64,000 bases of DNA, from NCBI GenBank assembly GCA_041288095.1, contig JBGGMJ010000010.1, positions 19,581 to 83,580 on the forward strand. Direction: 5' to 3'. This DNA comes from Myxococcota bacterium. Lineage in GTDB: Bacteria; Myxococcota; XYA12-FULL-58-9; JALHOP01. The notes below the pieces were generated by a model. That model searched no databases. It saw only the letters and a program-made list of their open reading frames with translations, and was not told the origin of the DNA. The translations under genes were made by a program, and so were the position numbers. Positions 32,850 to 41,332 of the stretch are shown piece by piece; position 1 is the first letter of the stretch, and the number at the start of each line of letters is the position of its first letter.

Positions 32850-33341
32850 TCAGTCGGCGTGGACCGCCATGGCACGGGCCCAGAGGCGTTGTTTGGTGGC
32901 TTCGATGCGCTGGCGCACGGTCGACTGCGGCTCGGCGAGGACACTCGCGATTTCGAAGGAGCCGTAACCCAACACGTGCAGGTCCAGCGCGCAGCGGTCG
33001 ACGTCGGCGATGCCGTCGTTGCCGTCCGCCGTGGGGTCGAAGGGGCCGACGGGCGCGGTGAAGGCTTCCTCCGCGGCGAGCTCGAGCCACGCGAGAAATG
33101 GCGTGCCGCTCGCTTGTAGGGCGCTGACGCGGCGAATGGCCAGGCGGGCGCTCGCCCAGGCGCAATCTTCGCTGATGAAGCTCTGACGCGCGGCGAACAC
33201 TCGGGCTCGCACGACGCGATTGACCACTCCGCCATAGCGCGCTTCGAGCGCGCCCAACGCAAGGCTGTCGCCGCGCGCGGCAGCCAGCACCAGGTCGTCG
33301 AGAAGATCGCTGTTGGTCGTAAGGGCGGTGTTGCTTGCCAT
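32850..33341 (-). CDS. Degenerate ECF sigma-70-like protein
   Basis: LVLAAARGDSLALGALEARY region-2-like start; C-terminal GYGSFEIASVL..PQSTVRQRI region-4 HTH. Confidence 0.6.
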   Translation of the reverse strand: MASNTALTTNSDLLDDLVLAAARGDSLALGALEARYGGVVNRVVRARVFAARQSFISEDCAWASARLAIRRVSALQASGTPFLAWLELAAEEAFTAPVGPFDPTADGNDGIADVDRCALDLHVLGYGSFEIASVLAEPQSTVRQRIEATKQRLWARAMAVHAD

Positions 33342-33417
33342 CGGTATTGTCCTCGGTGCGCGTGTGGGCGCTCGAAGAACAACAACGGCCCGAACCTGGA
33401 ATTCCCTGAGTCCTCTC

Positions 33418-34707
33418 TCACCGAGCGCCGCCGAAGACGTCCCGAGCCACCAGCGCGAGACCCCGACCGACCGTGGTCATCTCCTCGCCGCCTCTGACTT
33501 TTTCCGCCCCGAACCGATCCGTGAAGAGCTTGCGCACCGCCGGCACCAGCGAGGTGCCGCCGGTCATGAACACCCTGTCCACGGCGCCTGCTTCGAGCTT
33601 TGCCCGCGCCAGCACGCGGTCGGTGGCCTCCGCGATGGCGGCGAGGTCGGGGGCAATCCAGCGCTCGAGCTCGGCGCGCGTCACCTCGAGTCGCAAGCCC
33701 GCCGGTTGAAAATCGATGACCGTAGCCTTCGCGCTCGAGAGCTCGACCTTGGCGTGCTCGACCGCGCGGTGCAGGGCGTAACCCAGGTCTTCGTCGACGA
33801 TGCGGTACAACGTCTCGATCTCGGCCGTCGCATAGGCGTTCTCGAGGATGTCCTCGAGGAGCTGCATCGTCTTCGTCGACTTGAGGAAGGACAACAGATG
33901 CCAGCGCGATAGCGAGTTGTAGATCCAGAGCGGCACGTCGGCATCGCCGCCGAACGTCTTGTAACGCGTGCCGAGACCCAGGCGCGGCGCGATGGCGTGC
34001 TTGATGATGCGCTGATCGAATGCGTCGCCCGCCAAGGCCACACCATCACTCGCCCGTACCGAGCGGCGTTCTCCCGCCTTGGCGCGCGCCCGCACGCCGG
34101 GTCCGACGTCGATGAGGCACAGGTCCGTCGTACCACCACCGAAGTCGGCGATGAGCACGAGCTCGTCGCGATCGAGGCGCTGCTCGTAGCCGTACGCGGC
34201 CGCCACCGGCTCGAGCTCGAAGCGCACTTCGTCGAAGCCCGCCGAAGCAAACGCCCGCCGCAAGCGCTCTTCACCGAGCGCGTCGCCTTCGGCATCGGCG
34301 TCATCGTTGACGAAGTGAACCGGCCGGCCGACCACGGCGCGTTTGGGTAGCTCACGTCCCGCACCCTGGCGCAGCGCGGCGACGATGTGCGCCACGAGCT
34401 GCTCGAGCTTGTAGACGCGGTTGAAGATGTTGGTCGATATGAAGGTGCGGCTCGCCATGTGCGACTTGATCGATTGGATGAACCGGCCCCGGCCGTCGCA
34501 CGCGAGATAGGCGTTGATCGCGGCCATGCCGACAGCGGGTGGAGCAGGGTGGCCGTCGACGCGCGCGTCTGGATCGAAGTAGAGCACCGAGCGCACGGTG
34601 TCGTAGCCGATGCCCGCTACCTCGTAGCGGGCGAGCTCCACCTTGCCGGCGTTATCCGCGACGGCGAGGGCGCTATTGGTCGTGCCGAAGTCGATACCGA
34701 CGAACAT
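33418..34707 (-). CDS. Hsp70 family protein (YegD-like)
   Basis: GIDFGTTNS, VVGRPVHF, EPVAAA, DFGGGTTD, MTGGTS; no substrate-binding domain. Confidence 0.92.
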   Translation of the reverse strand: MFVGIDFGTTNSALAVADNAGKVELARYEVAGIGYDTVRSVLYFDPDARVDGHPAPPAVGMAAINAYLACDGRGRFIQSIKSHMASRTFISTNIFNRVYKLEQLVAHIVAALRQGAGRELPKRAVVGRPVHFVNDDADAEGDALGEERLRRAFASAGFDEVRFELEPVAAAYGYEQRLDRDELVLIADFGGGTTDLCLIDVGPGVRARAKAGERRSVRASDGVALAGDAFDQRIIKHAIAPRLGLGTRYKTFGGDADVPLWIYNSLSRWHLLSFLKSTKTMQLLEDILENAYATAEIETLYRIVDEDLGYALHRAVEHAKVELSSAKATVIDFQPAGLRLEVTRAELERWIAPDLAAIAEATDRVLARAKLEAGAVDRVFMTGGTSLVPAVRKLFTDRFGAEKVRGGEEMTTVGRGLALVARDVFGGAR

Positions 34708-34721
34708 CTTCGAGCGCCCCC

Positions 34722-35816
34722 CTACAGGCGGACACCATCAAGCGGCAAGATGTCGTAGGCGCTCACCGGGACGCGGTTGATGTCGCCGTCGATGAGCAAG
34801 AGCGAGGTTTCGGCGTGTGGCACGCTCCCTACGCGATAGCGGACGTCCTCTCCGTCGACCGACAAGCAGCGAATGAAGCCGGCGACGGCGTTGGCCGCGG
34901 AGACGTCGGTCCAGCGCGGCATTTCTTTTACGCAGCGCGCGTGGCTGGTGTGGCCGCAAGCCTGGCGCAGGTTCGGAACGAGGGTGCGTGGGTCGAAGCG
35001 GCGCACCCGCTCGGGGTTCATCTCCCAGTGACGATCGAGGATACCGTCCCGGTCGGGGTCAGCCGGGCGGTGGTAGACGAGGCCGCCGCCTTCGTGGCCG
35101 CTGGTGCCGAAGACGCACAACGGTGCGAGGTCGAGCTCGGCGTTTTCGCCGCGCTGCCAGGCCGGAGCCACGCGGCTCACCGCGTAGCGTAAGAACCGAT
35201 TCAGATCGTCGGCAATCGTGGGCACCGTGGTCGCGCTGCTGCCGGCGTTGGCGAGGTCCACGGTGGTGACGCCGGCATGGGTTACCAGGAGATCGCAGCC
35301 CTCTCGAGCCGCGGCGACGGCGAAGCCGACTCGACCTTCGGAAAGAAGTGCCCGCAATAGCGTTCGTTGCTCGACCATGAACGACGAGAAGTCGCGCAAC
35401 GCGACCTCGGGCGTGGGGATCCGCGGGTAGGTCGCCAGGAACCTGTCGCGCAGCTCGGGCCGCTGCACCACCTGACGCGCGAAGCGCTGCGCCTCACGAA
35501 ACCCTTCATCGGTCTCGAAGGCGAGCTCCTGGACACGCGCCAGGTCGTGATTGCCCAGCAAGACCACTGTTTGCTCCGGCGGATGCTCGGCGAGCCAACG
35601 CACGATGCGCGTGCCTTCGTTACCGACGACATGCGCGTTCGATTCGTCGACAACACCGAAGTCGAAGTAGTCGCCCACCGTCACTAGGCCGACGTCGTTC
35701 GCGAGCAGCCCATCACGTAGTAGATCGTGGTGCGCCAGCACCTGCATGAAGCGGTCGAAAGTGGTCTGCAGATCGCCGATCGCAAACCAACGCCTGTCGG
35801 TGCGCAGGGTCTTCAT
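34722..35816 (-). CDS. Calcineurin-like metallophosphoesterase
   Basis: IGDLQ, GDYFD, GNHD, THAG, GHT motifs. Confidence 0.8.
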   Translation of the reverse strand: MKTLRTDRRWFAIGDLQTTFDRFMQVLAHHDLLRDGLLANDVGLVTVGDYFDFGVVDESNAHVVGNEGTRIVRWLAEHPPEQTVVLLGNHDLARVQELAFETDEGFREAQRFARQVVQRPELRDRFLATYPRIPTPEVALRDFSSFMVEQRTLLRALLSEGRVGFAVAAAREGCDLLVTHAGVTTVDLANAGSSATTVPTIADDLNRFLRYAVSRVAPAWQRGENAELDLAPLCVFGTSGHEGGGLVYHRPADPDRDGILDRHWEMNPERVRRFDPRTLVPNLRQACGHTSHARCVKEMPRWTDVSAANAVAGFIRCLSVDGEDVRYRVGSVPHAETSLLLIDGDINRVPVSAYDILPLDGVRL

Positions 35817-35858
35817 CGGGGGCCTTCGCATCGTACGACGGATGTGGTCAAAGCGGCT

Positions 35859-36230
35859 ATGGGTCTCTTACTCGCCTGGTTCGTCTTGTCCCTCGCCGTC
35901 TGGGTGACCTCGCTCATCCTCCCGGGCTTCAAGGTCCGCGGGTTCGCCGGTGCCATCATCGTGGCCGCGGTCTTCGGCATCCTCAACTACCTCGTCGGTT
36001 GGCTGCTCTTCGTCGTCATCGGCATCGGCACCCTGGGCCTCGGTTTCTTGCTCGCCTTCATCACCCGCTGGGTCGTCGACGCCATCCTTCTCAAGGTCAC
36101 CGGCGCCATGATGCGATCGCTCGAAGTGAAGAGCTTCGGCTGGGCCATGGCGGCGGCGTTCGTGATGGCGATGATCGGCACCGTCGCCGAGCACATGCTG
36201 GCGCACGGCCATCATCCCTACCGGTTCTGA
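35859..36230 (+). CDS. YvlD-like 4-TM 'phage holin family' membrane protein
   Basis: LPGFKVRGF..AIIVA..FGILN, TLGL.F, VKSFGWA pattern. Confidence 0.82.
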   Translation: MGLLLAWFVLSLAVWVTSLILPGFKVRGFAGAIIVAAVFGILNYLVGWLLFVVIGIGTLGLGFLLAFITRWVVDAILLKVTGAMMRSLEVKSFGWAMAAAFVMAMIGTVAEHMLAHGHHPYRF

Positions 36231-36280
36231 AAGACGAATAATTGGATCCGGGCCCGCCCACACTGTAAGCTCGCAGTTCT

Positions 36281-36769
36281 ATGACGGCAGACCATCCATT
36301 CCGCTGGATTGGTGGTGCGGCGCTCGTGGTGGGATTGTTCGTGCTCGGCGCGACGTCCTTCCAGAAGCAGCCGCAGGCGCTCGCGTTGACGCTGGAGCGG
36401 ACGGCCGTCAGCTACGCCCAGACCCGCGCCGAAGCCGTCGCCAAGGCGAGTCTCCCCGTCGCCGCGACAAAAGTGGCCTCTCGCCCGGCGGTGCCGCGTA
36501 AGGTCAGCGAGCGTATCGCACGAGTCCCGTTTGCTCCCGAGTCTTGCATGACCATCACCGCGTTGGATGGCATTTCGGGCATGAGCGCGCCGTCATCCGG
36601 CGGCGATGAGCTGACGCGCACGTTGCGCGCGCACGCCCGCGCCTCGGCGCCGGCCGACGCCGTGCCGACGCGTGATGTGCGCACGATTCACGGCAACCAA
36701 ATCGCGAGCTTCCCGCCTTCGGTGGTTCTCTTGGCCTCTCGGCCACTGCGCGGACCCCCGTCAGTCTAG
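36281..36769 (+). CDS. Signal-anchored uORF ending in an RGPP motif (candidate translation-arrest leader)
   Basis: N-terminal hydrophobic segment WIGGAALVVGLFVLGA; C-terminus SRPLRGPPSV*. Confidence 0.6.
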   Translation: MTADHPFRWIGGAALVVGLFVLGATSFQKQPQALALTLERTAVSYAQTRAEAVAKASLPVAATKVASRPAVPRKVSERIARVPFAPESCMTITALDGISGMSAPSSGGDELTRTLRAHARASAPADAVPTRDVRTIHGNQIASFPPSVVLLASRPLRGPPSV

Positions 36770-36872
36770 TCTTGTCCGCCACCAGGCGGGTCAGTCCACT
36801 ATCGCGTTCTGTTTTAGCAGTCTCACACACGGTCACGTCATGACGGCGTGATCTTCGTTCGGAGTTTCAGCC

Positions 36873-37541
36873 ATGCATGAGGCAGCAGAGTTCTACCGCG
36901 CCGGCGGTATTTGGATGCACCCGATCACGATCGTTTCGATCTTCGTGCTGGGTATCTCGTTCGAGCGCATCTATTCGCTGTACTTCAAGTACAACATCAA
37001 CGCGTCGCAGTTCATGGCGCAGATCCAGAAGCTGGTTCTGACCAACAACATCGACCGCGCCATCAAGCTCTGCAACGCTTCGCCGCAGGCCGCTCTGCCG
37101 CGCGTCATCAAGGCAGCCCTGACTCGCGCCAACAAGGGCGAGGTCGAGATCGAGAACGCGCTGGAAGAAGCGAGCGTCGAGGTCCTCCGCGACATCGGCA
37201 AGCGCATTCCGATTCTTCCCAACCTCGCGAACGTCGCGACGCTGTGCGGCCTCCTCGGCACCATCGTCGGTCTGATCGAAGCGTTCACCGCGGTCGCGTC
37301 CGCTCCGCCGGACATGAAGAGCCAGCTGCTCACGCAGTCGCTCGCGATCGGTCTGAACGCCACGGCGCTCGGTCTCATCGTCGCCATTCCGGCGCTCTTG
37401 TTCTTCGTGTTCTTGAGCACGTCGTCGAAGAAGATCATCGAGGACGTCGACCAGTATTCGCTCAAGATCCAGAATCTCCTGGTTGCGCGCAGCCGCAATC
37501 CGCAAGCGATTCAGTCGGCCGAGCAGGCGACCGGGGGCTAA
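36873..37541 (+). CDS. MotA/TolQ/ExbB proton channel (AglR-like)
   Basis: GGIWMHPI, LANVATLCGLLGTIVGLI, TALGLIVAIP. Confidence 0.92.
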   Translation: MHEAAEFYRAGGIWMHPITIVSIFVLGISFERIYSLYFKYNINASQFMAQIQKLVLTNNIDRAIKLCNASPQAALPRVIKAALTRANKGEVEIENALEEASVEVLRDIGKRIPILPNLANVATLCGLLGTIVGLIEAFTAVASAPPDMKSQLLTQSLAIGLNATALGLIVAIPALLFFVFLSTSSKKIIEDVDQYSLKIQNLLVARSRNPQAIQSAEQATGG

Positions 37542-37544
37542 GCC

Positions 37545-38186
37545 ATGTCGTTCTCACCGTCGAGCCGTAACCGAGAAGAGCTCGGTGAGGTCGCGATCAA
37601 CCTCAATCCGATGATGGACATGTTCGCGGTGCTCATTCCGGCACTGCTCATGCTGTCAGCGGTCGTCGAGGTAGCGATCGTCGAGGTGTCGGCGCCGTCG
37701 ATCGGTCCCTCCAGCGAGCCACCGCCCAAGGAAGACAAGCCGCCGCTCAACCTGACAGTCACCATCTTGGATAGTGGCTACATGTTGACGGCGTCCGGTG
37801 GTGAGCTCTCGGGCGTCCCCAAGGTCGATGCGAATGCGCCACAAGCGCAGATCCCGATCAAGGAGATGCCCGTGGTGTGCTCGCGCTATCGCGGGACGAC
37901 ACCACCGCCTCGCTCGCGCAATGGCGATCGCCCTCAGTGCGACGATAAGAACGCGCGCGACGCGGTGATGTTCTGGGCCTACGACACCGAGACGCTGAAC
38001 CAAGCGATCTTGAAGATCCACCGCGACTATCCGGACGAGCGACGACTCATCGTCGCCGCCGAATCCAGTGTGCAATACGAGAGCATCATGGACACGCTCG
38101 ACGCGACGCGTGTAACGCGCCTCGCCGACGGGTCGCTCGAAACGATGTTCGACCAAGTGGTGCTGTCTCCAGCGACCAACATGTGA
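37545..38186 (+). CDS. ExbD/TolR family protein (AglQ-like)
   Basis: INLNPMMDMFAVLIPALL TM with the conserved Asp; YESIMDTLDA. Confidence 0.85.
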   Translation: MSFSPSSRNREELGEVAINLNPMMDMFAVLIPALLMLSAVVEVAIVEVSAPSIGPSSEPPPKEDKPPLNLTVTILDSGYMLTASGGELSGVPKVDANAPQAQIPIKEMPVVCSRYRGTTPPPRSRNGDRPQCDDKNARDAVMFWAYDTETLNQAILKIHRDYPDERRLIVAAESSVQYESIMDTLDATRVTRLADGSLETMFDQVVLSPATNM

Positions 38187-38197
38187 GGTTGTGAACA

Positions 38198-38827
38198 ATG
38201 TCGACTGAAAACGACCCGGCATCGCTGTCCAACGCCGGCGGACCTGGAATGGTGGCTGGACACGTACGCTCGCAAGACGAGCTCTATTCGGAGATGCGCG
38301 CTCGCGAGAAGAAGAAGGCGAAGCGCATGCGCCGCAAGACGGCGCACGACCATCCTGTCGACGTGAGCATCAACTCCTTGCTCGACATCTTGAGCGTCAT
38401 CCTCGTCTTCTTGATGAAGAGCTACTCGGCGAGCAGCGTGAATATCAAGCCGTCGAAAGAGCTGCAGATCCCCTTCACCAAGTCGATCACGGCGCCAGCC
38501 GAGGCGACGGCGGTGACAGTGACCCTCAAGCACATCTTGGTCGACGATGTGCCGATCATGGATCTGGAAGAGGGTGGCAAGGTTCGCCCCCAGGACCTCG
38601 CGGAAGAGCAGATGATGCTCCAGCCGCTCTACAACAAGCTCCTCGACGAGGTCGAAAAGCGTAAGAAGATCATGCAAAGGAACACGTCGGTCGAGGCCAA
38701 GATCGACATGACGCTGATCGCCGACCGCTTCGTGCCTTTCGACCTCCTGACACGTGTGATGTACACGGCCGGCCAAGCCGAGTTCTCCAAGTTTGATTTC
38801 ATCGCCATAAAGCTCGAAGGCGGCTGA
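38198..38827 (+). CDS. ExbD/TolR family protein (AglS-like)
   Basis: INSLLDILSVILVFLMK; ADRFVPFDLLTRVMYTAGQAEF. Confidence 0.87.
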   Translation: MSTENDPASLSNAGGPGMVAGHVRSQDELYSEMRAREKKKAKRMRRKTAHDHPVDVSINSLLDILSVILVFLMKSYSASSVNIKPSKELQIPFTKSITAPAEATAVTVTLKHILVDDVPIMDLEEGGKVRPQDLAEEQMMLQPLYNKLLDEVEKRKKIMQRNTSVEAKIDMTLIADRFVPFDLLTRVMYTAGQAEFSKFDFIAIKLEGG

Positions 38828-38884
38828 AGTTAGCGCTAGAACGTAGGCACGAATCACAAAGTAGTACTGCCCCTAAGGTGACGG

Positions 38885-39517
38885 ATGCTCGACTACCTCA
38901 TTGCTGGTGGACCCTTCATGTTCGCGACGCTCAGCGTCTCGATCTTGTGCGTCGCAATCTTCATCCTGCGCATCGTGTATCTGTGGCGGCGCGCCGGTAA
39001 GGGCGAGCTGCTGCGGTCGCAGGTGATGCAGTTCGTCGAGGAGCGCAACTACCGCAACGCCATCCGCGTGGTGAGCGGCAACAACTCGCCTCTCGGCAAG
39101 GTTCTGCAAGCGGCGCTCGTCCGCGCCAACCGCAGCGAGAAAGAAATCCGTCGCGCTGTCGAGTCGGCGGCGATCGAAGAGATCCCGAAGGTCCGCGGCG
39201 CTACCGTCTACCTGCCGCAGCTATCCAACTTGGCGACGCTCCTCGGCCTCCTCGGCACCATCGAAGGTCTGATCGTTACCTTCCAGGGTGCGTCAGGCGA
39301 AAGCGCCGCGGTCCGTCAGGAAGCTCTGGCGCGCGGTATTTCGATCGCGTTCTACAACACGTTCTTCGGTCTGCTCGTCGCGACGATGGGCGTCGTGTTT
39401 TACCTCGTGCTCCTGGCCCGCACGAACACCGTCCTCGGTCTCATCGAGCGGTCCGCTGCAACGGTCATCGACTCGTTGCTGTGGACGCGCGAACAACCGG
39501 GCAAGAAGAGCGCCTAA
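38885..39517 (+). CDS. MotA/TolQ/ExbB proton channel, second copy
   Basis: AGGPFM, LSNLATLLGLLGTIEGLI, NTFFGLLVA. Confidence 0.9.
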   Translation: MLDYLIAGGPFMFATLSVSILCVAIFILRIVYLWRRAGKGELLRSQVMQFVEERNYRNAIRVVSGNNSPLGKVLQAALVRANRSEKEIRRAVESAAIEEIPKVRGATVYLPQLSNLATLLGLLGTIEGLIVTFQGASGESAAVRQEALARGISIAFYNTFFGLLVATMGVVFYLVLLARTNTVLGLIERSAATVIDSLLWTREQPGKKSA

Positions 39518-39523
39518 GACTCC

Positions 39524-40096
39524 ATGTCGGCTCCAAACAAAGGCATCGGCGCCGGTTTGTTCGGCAAAGAGTCCGGAACGAGCTACGAGGTCTATCTCAA
39601 CCTGACGCCCTTGATGGACGTCATGTCGAACCTCCTGTTCTTCCTCCTGGCCTCCTTCGGCGCGACCATGGTCGCGATCATGCCGACCACGGTGCCTACG
39701 GTCTCGAGCGGTGAGTCACCGCCGGATCCGGAGAAGAACGAGGACTCGGTCAACGTCACCCTGCGCGCCGACGGCACGGGGATCACCCTCAAGTGCGAGA
39801 GCGACACGCTAGCGCCCGATCTCTTGAAGGACCTCGGCGGCAAGATCCCGAAGAAGGACGGCCTCTACGATTAAAAGCAGCTCACCGCGACGTTGAAGTC
39901 CATCAAGGAGAAGTACCGCGCCTCGAAGAGCGTGGTCGTGGTCCCTGACGACAACGTGCCTTACGAGGTTATCGTCAAGATCCTCGACGCCGCGCGCGAT
40001 ACGCGGCTCGTCGATACCAAAAACGCCATCCTGTTTCCTGACGTCGTGCTGTCCGGCATAGCGACACATGACGCGGACGGAAACCTACTGAAGTAG
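39524..40096 (+). pseudogene. ExbD/TolR family gene interrupted by an in-frame TAA at 39872-39874
   Basis: NLTPLMDVMSNLLFFLL TM; the frame continues DGLYD*KQLTATLKSIKEKY...VPYEVIVKILDAAR...LFPDVVL. Confidence 0.8.
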
Positions 40097-40105
40097 AGGT
40101 CGATC

Positions 40106-40576
40106 ATGGCTGGTGGTGGCGGTGGAGATGGTGAATACGACGTCAATATCAACTTGACGGCGCTCCTCGACATTCTCACCAACCTGCTCTTCTTCTTGAT
40201 GGTCGGCTTCATGTCGTCGAAGGCTTCGATGGAGCTCGACGGCGGTATGGAGCTGCCGACCTCGACGGCTCAGCTCGAGCCCAAGAAAGCCGTGCAGGTG
40301 ACCGTGGCGCGCAAAGAGCTGCGCGTCGAGAAGGAAGTCATCGCGCAGCTGCGTGACGGCAAAGTGGTCGCCGCCAAGTCGCAAGAGGGCAAGATCGACC
40401 CGCTCCTGCAGCGCTTGCAGATCATCCGCAAAGAAAAGAACGCCACGGGTCCCGAGGCCGACATCCTCTTCGTGCTTTGCGACAAAGACACCCCCTACGG
40501 ATTACTGCGCCGCGTCATGATGACAGCAGCGGAAGCCGGCTATCCCAAGTTCCGTATGGCCGTGCTTATGCAGTAG
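40106..40576 (+). CDS. ExbD/TolR family protein
   Basis: INLTALLDILTNLLFFL; DKDTPYGLLRRVMMTAAEAGY. Confidence 0.88.
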   Translation: MAGGGGGDGEYDVNINLTALLDILTNLLFFLMVGFMSSKASMELDGGMELPTSTAQLEPKKAVQVTVARKELRVEKEVIAQLRDGKVVAAKSQEGKIDPLLQRLQIIRKEKNATGPEADILFVLCDKDTPYGLLRRVMMTAAEAGYPKFRMAVLMQ

Positions 40577-40627
40577 GGTTCCGATAGCCCGCCACCTGAG
40601 GCGGGACAGTGCTGGGGGAGTACATCG

Positions 40628-41332
40628 ATGTCTGACGCCGACCGGGCGGCGCGCGCAGAAGAGCTGCTCGCGCGCCGTGATGATTTGTATGCCCTGGTCT
40701 TCCATGACCTGCGCAACCCGCTGAACACCATCAGTATGTCGCTCGCGCTACTCGCCGACGACGTACCGCAGTCCGGCAAGGACACGATCGCTCGCATCAA
40801 GCGCGCGGTCGACAAGATGGAAAAGCTGATGCGTGACATCACCGAGCTGACGCGCCTCGAGGCCGGTCAGGTGAAGTTCGAGCCGGTATCGCTCGGAGTC
40901 GCCGACGTCTTGAAACACGCCTACGACCCTTTCGCGCAGCGCATCGCCGACCGCGCCATCAACCTCGAGTCCGGCGCCGTCGACCCGGCCCTGCGCTTCT
41001 CCATCGAGCGCGAGCGCTTCAATCAAGCGCTGTCCGCGATGATCGACAACGCCATCCGGCACGTGCCCGACGGCGGCACCGTGAAGCTCGACGTCGCCGA
41101 GCGCGGTGACCTCGTCGAGATCTCGGTCCATGATAGTGGACCCGGCATTAGCGCCGAGGATCAGCAGACCGTCTTCACGCGGCACCACCGTGTCAACAAG
41201 AAGCGTGGGCACGGCCTCGGCCTGGGGCTCGCCATCGCCGCGCACATCGCCGAGCTGCACGGCGGCAGCGTCGGCGTGGCGAGTGAGGTCGGCAAGGGCT
41301 CGACCTTCTACCTGCGGGTGAAGAAGGCCTAG
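40628..41332 (+). CDS. Histidine kinase (HisKA + HATPase, no sensor domain)
   Basis: HDLRNPL H-box, NAIRH, DSGPGI, GLGLGLAI. Confidence 0.92.
   Translation: MSDADRAARAEELLARRDDLYALVFHDLRNPLNTISMSLALLADDVPQSGKDTIARIKRAVDKMEKLMRDITELTRLEAGQVKFEPVSLGVADVLKHAYDPFAQRIADRAINLESGAVDPALRFSIERERFNQALSAMIDNAIRHVPDGGTVKLDVAERGDLVEISVHDSGPGISAEDQQTVFTRHHRVNKKRGHGLGLGLAIAAHIAELHGGSVGVASEVGKGSTFYLRVKKA

Noticed and set aside
35859-36230. 'Phage holin' as evidence of a prophage
   Set aside because: YvlD-like family is commonly chromosomal; no phage genes nearby
39872-39874. Programmed recoding (Sec/Pyl) or alternative genetic code
   Set aside because: The codon is TAA, and TAA serves as a normal stop for other genes in this window
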